Shown here piece after piece: positions 1 through 9,873 of a stretch of DNA of 64,000 nt. Under the pieces are notes generated by a model, which saw nothing but the letters and a program-made list of their open reading frames with translations, made no database searches and had not been told where the DNA came from. This stretch comes from Mustelus asterias (lineage: Eukaryota), in contig NC_135813.1 of NCBI RefSeq assembly GCF_964213995.1, positions 61,194,001 through 61,258,000 of the forward strand, written 5' to 3'. The translations under genes and the position numbers were made by a program. Each line of letters begins with the position of its first letter. Positions within the stretch are counted from its first letter, which is position 1.

Positions 1-108
1 GCAAACGTGATGTCCGGTGGTGTAAATGTTCTTAAAGATAAGTTTAGAAGCTGCTGTGTTATTAGTCTCGTGAAACATTTTGTTCTGAGCTCGATAATAA
101 TCTACGAA

Positions 109-157
109 GTGTTTGAGTGGCTTCGCCTTCTCGCCGTCCTGGCGCTATGTTTGCAAC
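109..157 (+). pseudogene. IGLV: Ig light-chain cluster 1 leader exon with start codon mutated (ATG>GTG)
   Basis: 49-nt exon (V)FEWLRLLAVLALCLQ followed by GTAAG, colinear with the leaders at 36097 and 62304; GTG at 109-111 sits where the paralogs have ATG. Confidence 0.9.
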
Positions 158-300
158 GTAAGTTCGGGCTGGAAAAACTTTTTCAAATTATCTTTCTGGT
201 CCACTGATCGAGTGCAGTGCTTCAACTGGTTGGGTCTGAAATACAAATGTTCTCCGCTGTGCACAGAACGACGCTAAGCAATATTTTCTTATTTCTCCAG

Positions 301-635
301 GTGCCAACTCCGCTCCTTTACTATCTCAGCGAGCGATCATCTCAACTTCACTGGGGAAAACTGCCAAAATCACTTGCACATGTCCGGAGGCAGCATGGCC
401 AGTTACAACACCAAGTAGTATTGGCAGAAACCCGGCAGCGCCCCTGTCTTTGTTTGGGCGGACTATGATCCTTCTCGAGGTTCGGGGATTCCTGAGCGAT
501 TCACTAGATCAAGGGACACATCGAAGAACGTTATGCATTTAACCATTTCCAATGTACTAGGCGATGATGTCGTTGATTATAATTGTGGTGCCCTGGGATT
601 ACACAGTTGGTGGATTCACGTTCGGGATGTGGGCG
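301..635 (+). pseudogene. IGLV: Germline-joined VJ exon of cluster 1, pseudogene
   Basis: Acceptor ttctccAG at 300, donor GTAAG at 636. Against V2/V3: 1-nt deletion near 379, conserved Trp changed to TAG at 416-418, 1-nt insertion near 592, 16-nt deletion in J. Confidence 0.93.
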
Positions 636-1527
636 GTAAGTGCAATTTTCGCCATGTGCGTCTAAGATTCTTAACCTTCGAATTTAGAAGTTCTGAGTTT
701 ATCTAAGAACAGAAATGCTTTCGAACAAACATTATCATTATCTCTTGGTGTTTACAAAGAGATGCGTACATACCACTCCCTCCCCCACCCCAAGAAATGT
801 TCCAGAAAATGTCACATAATATTGGTGTTTTAAATCCTTGGGCATTTTCTTACTATGGAAAGACATTGCAATTGAGCTTGTCCCGGTTTAATGATGATAC
901 TTTTATAATGCATGTTAATCTACATAAAACGCTGATGACAATCATGTAGATACTTACCACTTACCTGTATGTGCCGTGCTGTGGTTTATCTTTCGTGTAG
1001 GATTTAAAATACATTCAGCGAAACCATTAATGTGAAACATTTTATAATTCTCCCACACGATGGTTTTAAGTAGTCGGAGTCAGAGAGTTGGATCCTATGA
1101 ATTTTCTGGGAAGATTCATTGTTCTATAGGCTCAGCAAAAATGATTCCGTTGTTGCGACATTTTCAACAATGTGTTTCCTGTTAGCCATATATTCATAAC
1201 TTCACTAGTAAGTAATAAATAACAATACTACACCCCAATTGGTTTTGAAATTTTAGTATCAATTGCACATTTTAAGAAGTTGATGTTCTTTTTTAGAGAT
1301 GTGGTATTGAGATTATCAAAGATAAAAAAGGGAATAGAGGTTTGTTGTCTTACGAAATACTTTATAGGTGGACGTTGTGATTCCTGTTTAGTGCGGCCGT
1401 TCAAAGTTTTTTTTTAGGAAACTAGAAAATAATGGCGGGACAGAGATTAGCTGAATTCCATCACTTCCTGGGCACTTATGATCTCCGGAAGATTGACTGC
1501 TCACCATGATGAATTCCGGAAAAGTAT

Positions 1528-3258
1528 ATAAGAACATAAGAAATAGGAGCAGGAGTCGGCCACCTAGCCCCTCAAGCCTGCTCCGCCATTCATTAAGATC
1601 ATGGCTGATCTGATAGTGGGTTCAGTACCGCTTACCCGCCCGCTCCCCATAACCCTTAATTCCCTTAATGGTTAAAAATCTATCTATCTGTGACTTAAAC
1701 ACATTTAACGAGGTAGCCTCTACTGCTTCATTGGGCAGAGAATTCCAAAGATTCACTACCCTCTGGGAGAAGAAGTTCCTCCTCAACTCTGTTCTAAATT
1801 GACTCCCCCGTATTTTGAGGGTATGCCCTCTAGTTCGTGTTTCCATTGTAAGTGGAAATAACCTCGCTGCTTCTACCCCTTCATTATCTTATATGTCTCC
1901 ATAAGATCTCCCCTCAACCTTCTAAACTCCAATGAGTACAGGCCCAGTCTACTTAATCTCCCCTCATAAGCTAACCCCCTCATCGCCGGAATCAACCTGG
2001 TGAACCTTCTCTGTACCCCCTCCAAAGCTAATATATCCTTTCTTAAATAAGGGGACCAAAATTGTACACAGTACTCTAGGTGCGGCCTCACCAGTACCCT
2101 GTAAAGTTGCAGCATGACCTCCCTGCTTTTATACTCCATCCCTCTCACGATAAAGGCCAACATTCCATTTGCCTTCTTGATTACCTGCTGCACCTGCAAA
2201 CTGAGTCTTTGTGATTCATGCACAAGGACCCCCAGGTCCCTCTGCACAGTAGCATGTTGTAATTTTTCACCGTTTAAATAACAGTCCATTTTACTATTAT
2301 TCCTTCCAAAGTGGATAACCTCACACTTATCAACGTTATACTCCATCTGCCAGATCCTTGCCCACTCACTTAGCCTATCCAAATCTCTCTGCAGACTCTG
2401 TATCCTCCACGCAATTTGCTTTCCCACTCATCTTTGTGTCATCCGCAAACTTTGTTACCCTACACTCGGTCCCCTCCTCCAGATCGTCTATGTATATGGT
2501 AAATAGTTGAGGCCCCAGCACCGATCCCTGTGGCATGCCACTAGTCACTGATTGCCAACTGGAAAAGCACCCATTTATTCCGACTCTCTGCTTTCTGTTA
2601 GATAGCCAATCCTCAATCCACGCTAACACTTTACCCCCAACTCCGTGTACATTTATCTTATACAGCAACCTTTTGTAAGGCACCTTATCGAGTGCCTTCT
2701 GGAAATCTAAGAACACCACATCCACCGGTTCCCCTCTGTTAACCGCACTCATTATATCCTCAAAGAATTCCAGTAAATTTGTCAAACATGACTTTCCCTT
2801 CATGCATCCATGCTGTGTCTGCTTGATTGAACCATTCTTTTCCAGGTGTCCTGCTATTTCTTCCTTAATGATAGATTCCAGCATTTTCCCAACTACGGAT
2901 GTTAAGCTAACCAGCCTGTAGTTACCTGCCTTTTGTCTACCTCCTTTTTTAAACAGTGGCGTTACATTAGCTGTTTTCCAATCAGCTGGCACGTCCCCAG
3001 AGTCCAGTGAATTTTGATAAATTACAACTAATGCATTTGCTATTACTTCTGCCGTTTCTTTTAGTACCTGGGGATGCATTCCATCCGGACCAGGGGACTT
3101 GTCTACCTTTAGTCCCATTCGCCTACCCAGCACTACCTCTTTAGTAATAGTGATCGTTTTAAGGTCCTCACCCCCTACAGTCCCATGACCGTCAATTATT
3201 GGTATGCTATTTGTGTCCTCCACTGTGAAGGCTGACACAAAAAACTTGTTTAAGGCCT
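1528..3258 (-). mobile_element. 5'-truncated CR1-clade (HER1-like) LINE in the J-C intron of cluster 1
   Basis: RT motifs [17 protein letters not shown] and KFADDTK in ORFs 2375-3238, 1873-2427 and 1622-1846; (ataagaac)n tail; absent at the matching intron position of cluster 2 (about 37530). Confidence 0.93.
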
Positions 3259-4708
3259 ACAATTGGGCACATGTTTTTTTTCGCTGTTGTATTTCCTAAG
3301 AAGACTGCAGTTATAGGAGATCGCAAAGCAGAGCTGCTGTGCAATTAATGGCCTGATACGATTTTCCCGTCTGTCTCAACGCATACTTACAGCATTTTAT
3401 AAACATCAGACGTTGATCCAGCGCAGCCTCACACATTCGAATCGGATTCATTTTATACAAATTCTACCGTGGGATTCGTACGTACACAGAAATCCCAGAT
3501 TCAAGCAAATGTTCACAATCTCTTGGCGAAATTCAAGAAGCAGCAAAAGGTCACAGTTCATAATCTTTTCCCCACCCCCGTCAGAATGATTGACTGAGAA
3601 AGAGCATATTGTTATTTCTAGCTTCTTACATCATTTACTATCACCGCGCTTCAAAGGCTAATGTGTGCAATCTGACATAGTGCTATAAGATACGACTCGT
3701 TATTCCTTCTTGGTGTTATCAACAAGTTGAAATATTTGAGCTGTCTGCAGCGGGTGATTAATCCGTTGACTAGATAGCTAAAATCTGATCAAACTGGGAG
3801 CGTTTCGATTAAACAGGGTCTCGAGAGTAACTTTGCCCAGGTGCGATAGTAGTTCCAACTGTCAAATTATGACCGAATGAAAAACAAACCAGGCACTGGG
3901 CTAGTGCTCTGAAAGACCGAACAGACTGGAACACTTTTCCCTGGAAAAGAGGGAGCTGCGATGTGGGTGGGGAGGGCATGACCGAACACAGCGCTACGAA
4001 ATTAGTGAAGAGCTTGATAGTGTAGATCGTCACAAGGTATTTTCACTTTCGTGTCTATAACTATTACATCGCCACTAATAAAATTAGTGGGGAACCCGAG
4101 AGATAACTATTTAGGCAGAGACCTGAAATTGGCCGCCGCATGCAGGGGCGACGAGAACAGTGCCAATGTTTCTAGGGGGAATTAAATAAATGCACTAAGG
4201 AGAAATAGAAAGAAAGATTTGCAGATAAAATGAGATGAAGCAAGGTGAGAGGAGATTTCAGCGGAACAGCAATATCGCGATAGCTCACATGCAGCGAATG
4301 GCCTGTTTCTCTGCAGCAATTGGTATGTAACAATTCAAAAAGGTGGCCCCGCTGAGCGTTGCTAAATTTACCCTGGAACCTCCCCAACTAGTTTGCACTG
4401 AACATGAAATGTATATTGAAATATAACAAAATGGTGACCTTCGGGATTTAAACTGAATAAGAATCAATAATCTGTCTGTTCCCTTTTTTTCGAAAGGCAC
4501 GTTGCGTTGGGATTTTATTCAATTCGTTTAATAGTCTTCCAGATCTGCAGACTATGTGTGACTAGTTAAGGCACATTAAGAAGCTCTCGTTGCACAACAT
4601 ATAACTTGCGCAGTTAGATAGAAAACATATTTAAAACTTAAATCATTGAAACTGTTTGCATTTAAAACGCAGTAGATCTTCACACGTTGTTTCCACTTTT
4701 CTTTCCAG

Positions 4709-5031
4709 CGCCGCGGGCCCCCACGGTCTCCGTCCTTCCACGTTCATCGGGTCAAATCAAAGAAAAGGACAAGGCCACCCTAGTGTGTTTTCTTAACGGC
4801 TTCAACCCGCGAGTTGTGGAGGTTGAATGGACTGTAGAAGGCAGCGTCAGAGAGAATGGTGTTGAGACCAGTCGTGTACTGCAGGAAGCGGCCGACACGT
4901 TCAGTGTGAGCAGTTATCTGACTCTGTCAGTCTCAGAGTGGAATTCACACGAGCTTTATTCCTGTGTGGTTAAACACGAGGCCCTCGCAAACGCGCTTAA
5001 AGCAATTATAGAGAGGTCTAGCTGTATCTGA
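4709..5031 (+). CDS. IGLC: Ig lambda-type light-chain constant exon, cluster 1 (ORF intact)
   Basis: Acceptor ctttccAG at 4708; C1-set domain ATLVC..W..YSCVVKH with penultimate interchain Cys (SSCI*). Confidence 0.95.
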
Positions 5032-5235
5032 TGTAATAATCTTGGATATTCGTCTACTGTAACCTTAGTGAACGTCAGCAGAACAAAATTGGAATTTAAA
5101 GGTAGAGTTTTATTTTAAATGATCTATTTGACATAATGACAAACATCCCAAGTTACTTTATGTGACACCACTGTGTGTAGCGTGAGAATGCGCTGACTCT
5201 GCAGTCATTTTACTTTCTTTGTGCCATTGCAGTGT

Positions 5236-5241
5236 AATAAA
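5236..5241 (+). terminator. Polyadenylation signal of cluster 1
   Basis: AATAAA about 200 nt after the C stop, followed by T/GT-rich sequence; aligns with AATACA at 40181 in cluster 2. Confidence 0.65.
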
Positions 5242-5424
5242 ATAATTATTTTGGTATCTCATTTGATGGTAGCGTTTTCCTCCTTCTACTATCTTCGAAT
5301 TCATGACCATTTCAAGCCTCATAATCGTGAGGTTGTATTCTTGAAATCCTTTGAATATTTACATACAATCGTCTCACACTTGGTGGAAATAACGATTTTA
5401 CTAAATTGGTGACTGATCACTGAG

Positions 5425-6207
5425 TGAAGAAGGGAAATGGTTAATGTTTTTTTTGTACTCAATGTATTTTGTACCTAAAAGGTTGAACTTTGTACCTGGA
5501 ATGTATCACAAACATAACCCTTCCTTATGGGTAGTCTCCCCTTTGTTTATATTGCTCCTGGTAGTAGTATAAGCCATTTGTTCATGTCTTTCATCTTTTA
5601 CTTTTAGTAGTATAAGCCATTTGTTCTTGGTTTCATCTTTTACTTTTGGTATAAGCCATTTGTTCATGGTTCCCTCGCTTGTTTATATCATTCTGATAAA
5701 ACAGACAGTTAAATGTAGATGTAGGGTTGGAAGTCTTGCTTTTGCCGTAGGCTTGTGTATGATTTAAACAAAGGAAGCAGCTATCAAATGGTAGAGTGCG
5801 AGAATGGCCGTTTGAAGGAGGACTCCCACTGGGACAGCTGCAATCGCACACAGTCACTTCAAAGGAAAAGCTGCGGGAAGAGCAGGGGACCAGAGGTGGC
5901 ACCTTGACAACAACGACCAGGAGAATTGTGGTTTATGACCCAAGGATATCAGATAGTCTCTAACCATGATCCAGAGACTATCAGAAGCTGTTAAAGGAAC
6001 TATAATTTATGATCAAGGACTGTTAACTGGACTTTGTTTTATGGCTTGTATTGGGAACCCTGATGTATAAATATCCACGCCTCTTGTGTTCAGAGAGAAC
6101 TTTGGCTTCCGCTTTCAAGGGGTCAAGTTCTCCCATAAGCTTGTGAGAATAAAGCCTGACTGTAGTTTGACTCATACCAGCCTCAAGAGGTATATTTACC
6201 GACTTCA
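5425..6207 (+). repeat. 5' LTR
   Basis: TG...CA ends; about 3 tandem copies of a ~43-bp unit in U3 (about 5564-5670); TATAAATA at 6066; AATAAA at 6148; direct repeat of 11439-12220. Confidence 0.95.
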
Positions 6208-6209
6208 TT

Positions 6210-6227
6210 TGGTGCCAAAACCCGGGA
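6210..6227 (+). promoter_or_regulatory. Primer-binding site complementary to tRNA-Phe
   Basis: TGGTGCCAAAACCCGGGA two nt after the LTR; 17/18 match to the complement of the vertebrate tRNA-Phe 3' end (TGGTGCCGAAACCCGGGA). Confidence 0.9.
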
Positions 6228-6701
6228 GACCCCCGGATCTGTTTGCGGGCCTCTGTTTGCGGGCTCAGGTTGAATGGCCACAACCTGGGTACTGGAATAG
6301 AGTTCTGAACCTAATAGGGTGAGTCAAACTACAGTGGGCTGATCATATGTGATGAGAGAGTGTGAGAGTGAAAGACATCTGAGCTGAACACATACGGACA
6401 AGGAGGCATTTGTCTGTATGGATTCTCAAGTGAGTGTAAAGACTGGAGAAAAGTTGCCTGAGGTGTGATGTTCAGACGTGAGAGAGAAAGAAACTGTCTG
6501 TGTGAGAGAGAGACTGTCTAAGTGATCACCGGAGTAGAAGTAAGCTTAATAGTGTAAGCTTAATAGTGTAAGCGGTGGTACGGAGGGATTTGATCACCCC
6601 TGACAGGTAACACCGGACTCTGATAAGAGCAGCCTAGGAGTGGGAGAGCGAGAAGGGAGAATAGAAGGCTCCAGGTGGTGAGTATAAAACTTATCTGTAT
6701 T

Positions 6702-7760
6702 ATGGTGGGATCACAAGCACAAAGACAGTGGGGACTTCCGGAATCCCTGATAAATGAGTGTATGACTGAGAGGAACAAATTCATTAAACAGATGAGAAAA
6801 GGGGGGTGGAACTTATCCTGCCCTCTGGGCCAACAGCATAAGTGGTTGGGCAAAGAAAAGAGAAACATGACAAAGAAAATAGGAGTATTGTTAATACATC
6901 AGTTAGCTGGACTAATTGAGCAAGTAGTTGCCTCTACTCAGAAGTGGAGTGAGGAGAAAGAAAGGATGAGGGAGTTAGAATGCAGAGTAAGGGAACTGGA
7001 GAAACAAAACCAAGTGTTAGAAGAAAAGCTATGGAGAGGGGAAACCGTTCCTCTACCTCCTTATGAGTTCACACAACAGGGACTAAACGCTCTTCCAGAT
7101 GAATGGGACGCCCTAGAACACAACTTAGTGCGAGTAACCCGAGGGGGAACAGATGTGCAGCCAAAAGTAAATTATGAACCATTCACCCCAGGTGAGAGGC
7201 AGCAGATAATGGCTTCCCTGGGTAAATTACAACCTAGAAGCACAAACACTAAATTCTGGGAAGAATTAGACACAATCTGGGTAGGACACCTATTACACCT
7301 GAGAGACGTACACCAGCTAGTCAGGGCAGCCTGTCCAGCGGATAAGTGGAGGCAGGTAGCAGGTGGACCCGCCACTCCTCCAGCGCAGGATTATAGTGGG
7401 GGGTGGTGGACACATGTAGTCACCCTAACATCAGAGATAGATGCCCAACAGACACCCTTCACCCAGTTTAAGGTAGAAATTCTGAGAGTATTAGGGAATG
7501 CTCCCACTAACTGGAGCAGAATGACCACAATGAAACAGCTAAAAGGGGAAGGAGCTTCTGAATGTGGGGGATGGTTGTCCCAGGTACATCAGGAGTGCTC
7601 TGGACAAGGAAACCCAGGTCGAGGAGATCGAGCGTTCATCCAGGCTTTGAAGGATGAATTCTTTAGTGTTCACCAAAAAATCCTTGAAATGGAAATTCTC
7701 AGTACCCCAAACAATGATGAGTTGGTAGAATGGGCTAATGGCATACCTGGAGGTGGATAG
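6702..7760 (+). CDS. gag: Gag-like protein, C-terminally truncated
   Basis: Open frame of about 352 aa after the PBS; coiled-coil segment, LPPY late-domain-like motif, degenerate MHR-like KQLKGEGASECGGWL; no CCHC knuckle. Confidence 0.7.
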   Translation: MVGSQAQRQWGLPESLINECMTERNKFIKQMRKGGWNLSCPLGQQHKWLGKEKRNMTKKIGVLLIHQLAGLIEQVVASTQKWSEEKERMRELECRVRELEKQNQVLEEKLWRGETVPLPPYEFTQQGLNALPDEWDALEHNLVRVTRGGTDVQPKVNYEPFTPGERQQIMASLGKLQPRSTNTKFWEELDTIWVGHLLHLRDVHQLVRAACPADKWRQVAGGPATPPAQDYSGGWWTHVVTLTSEIDAQQTPFTQFKVEILRVLGNAPTNWSRMTTMKQLKGEGASECGGWLSQVHQECSGQGNPGRGDRAFIQALKDEFFSVHQKILEMEILSTPNNDELVEWANGIPGGG

Positions 7761-8526
7761 GAGAGATCTTAGTTGTTGTATTTCAGTGTGTTTGTGTGAT
7801 CTGGTTTCTAGTCGAATGTAGGTGGTTGTTGTTGTATTAAATTGAGAGCAGGAATTGTTGAAGCCTTTGTTTGTTCTTGTGGAGTGTTTATTGCGGGTAA
7901 TAAATGACCTTAGTTTAGCCTCAGGAGAGCTGGGGAGGTGTTAAGACTGTTAAAGATTAAAGTGATAAGATTTCTTGCATTTCCTTCTGTTTTGAGTTTT
8001 AATTACAGTTTGGAAGAAAGAAGAATAAAAGTGACTGTCTTAATCCAAGTTCTGTATTCTTTTAAATGTTTTACTTACATCTCAGTTTAAGATGTTAAGT
8101 TTGAATGAGTGTTGGAAGCTTCCATGTGTGTCTGTGTGTGTTTAACAGAGTTGTTTGTTTTGATGTGATTTTACAACAGTGGGTTTGATACAGGGTTTAA
8201 ATAAAATTAGGAAGGTAAATTGAAATTTCAAAATCAAAATACATAAATTGAAGTTGGAAATAGCCAATTTGAATTTTGATTAAACCTGTGTTTGAATTTT
8301 GTTAAGAAAGGATTTAAACCTTGGAGGGAACCATGTGCTCTCTCCTTTGTCTTAAAGTGAAGATTATGAGAGAGTTAGTTGAGAAATTGGGAGAAGAAAT
8401 TAAGTAATTTTATGGAAAAGTAGATAAGCAAGAACAAAAGAATGAGGTAAATGTACTGTCTATGAGTCAGTTTAAAATATTTTAAGTTACGTGAAATGAA
8501 TTATAATTCTGCTTATTTCAAGTTCC

Positions 8527-8674
8527 GATGTGGAAATGCCGGCGTTGGACTGGGGTAAGCACAGTAAGAAGTCTCACAACACCAGGTTAAAGTCCAACAG
8601 GTTTATTTGGTAGCAAATATTTGCTACCAAATAAACCTGTTGGACTTTAACCTGGTGTTGTGAGACTTCTTACT
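8527..8674. mobile_element. Penelope-like pLTR fragment forming a perfect 112-bp palindrome, inserted in the ERV
   Basis: 8563-8674 is self-complementary about 8618/8619; flanked by ATTTCAAGTTCC (8515-8526, 8675-8686); arm matches 19190-19240 and 50051-50110. Confidence 0.8.
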
Positions 8675-9443
8675 ATTTCAAGTTCCAGCAGGAGATTAAT
8701 CAATTAAATCTTAGTTGCCAATGCAAATTACCCTTACACATGTCTGATAGTTTAATATTCTGTAACCTGGTTAAAATTATGTACTGCCGTTGGAATTTTA
8801 TGTGCTATCTATTGTTCAAAGTTTGCCAAATATTGAGCACTGTCAAGCTTAAAATCTAGCCAGTTAAAATCAAACCAAAATATTTTTGATTAATTAACTA
8901 GTGTGTATTGTACCTACTGGTTTTGATTTGGCGCCTGTTGTTTTCCTCGAGTGCGGGGGGTTTGATCTGGAGCTCAGTTTAAATTGGAAACGGATTGGAT
9001 TAAAGGGTTTGGATATCACAGTTATGGTGTGTAAAGTATGATATAACTGCCGCTTGATTATTTTTATTATACAGTATAGCACTGCTACATAGACCCGGAA
9101 ATAAAATCAAACCCTGAAAAGCCCTTACCAATTTTGTATAATATAGTTATATATCATATGTTGTGTATTGATAAAACATAATTCTGTTGGAGCTTCCTGT
9201 TTTCCTCGCCATACAAATGATTAAACTAGAGATAATGTCGGGGTACGTTATATAAAGATTGGAGCTGTATGGTATGTGATTTTAATGGGGAATGCGATGT
9301 TTATTGATGAGATTATATACAAATGAATAGATGTCCAACTGCAGCCAAAAACCAGTGTAAAGTGTTATTTAATTCACACTAAGCTTTCTATGGAAGGGGG
9401 GTGTGTAGTTAACTGTATAATATACTAGCTACTATACCGATGA

Positions 9444-9733
9444 GATTAAGAATTACCACAAACCGGACAACCGGATTAACCCCTTATGAATTAATGACAG
9501 AATGGGTGATGACGTAGGTTCACTAAAAGATGAATTCAGGAGATATGTGTTGGAACTGAGCACCCAACTTAAAGGGATGCACAAATTGGTAAAAGACAAT
9601 CCGGAACAAAGAGACACGGGGAGAGAGAGCTTGAAATGCTCCCTGACGGGCGGAAAGTTGCGTCCAAGTAAAAGCACTACTTGACAAACGTGGGTTCGCC
9701 CCTAAATGGGAGGGCCCCTATGAGGTTAAAATT
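9444..9733 (+). pseudogene. pol: Integrase C-terminal remnant
   Basis: LRITTNRTTGLTPYELMT (end of IN core) and, in another frame, GFAPKWEGPYEV (GPY/F module). Confidence 0.75.
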
Positions 9734-9873
9734 GTGTAGAGTGCTTAATTCGCAGATATGCGAGACGTTTGACCTCCAAGCAAGCTGAACAGGTTCGCGG
9801 GCAGTGGCGCGTGGGCGCTATAGCCTTTGATCCATTGTATAACGGTCGCGCGGGTTATTAGTTAAGTGATAGG

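Noticed and set aside
602-608. Heptamer-like CACAGTT in V1 CDR3 (and CACTGTT in V3) as relic or cryptic RSS
   Set aside because: No nonamer at a 12- or 23-bp spacing, absent in V2, and explained by Tyr-Thr-Val codons
5564-5670. CRISPR-like repeat array
   Set aside because: Spacer-less tandem repeats in LTR U3 of a vertebrate ERV
5633-6322. ORFs within the LTRs, duplicated at 11302-11921
   Set aside because: Short, on both strands, no recognisable domain; duplicated only because the LTR is
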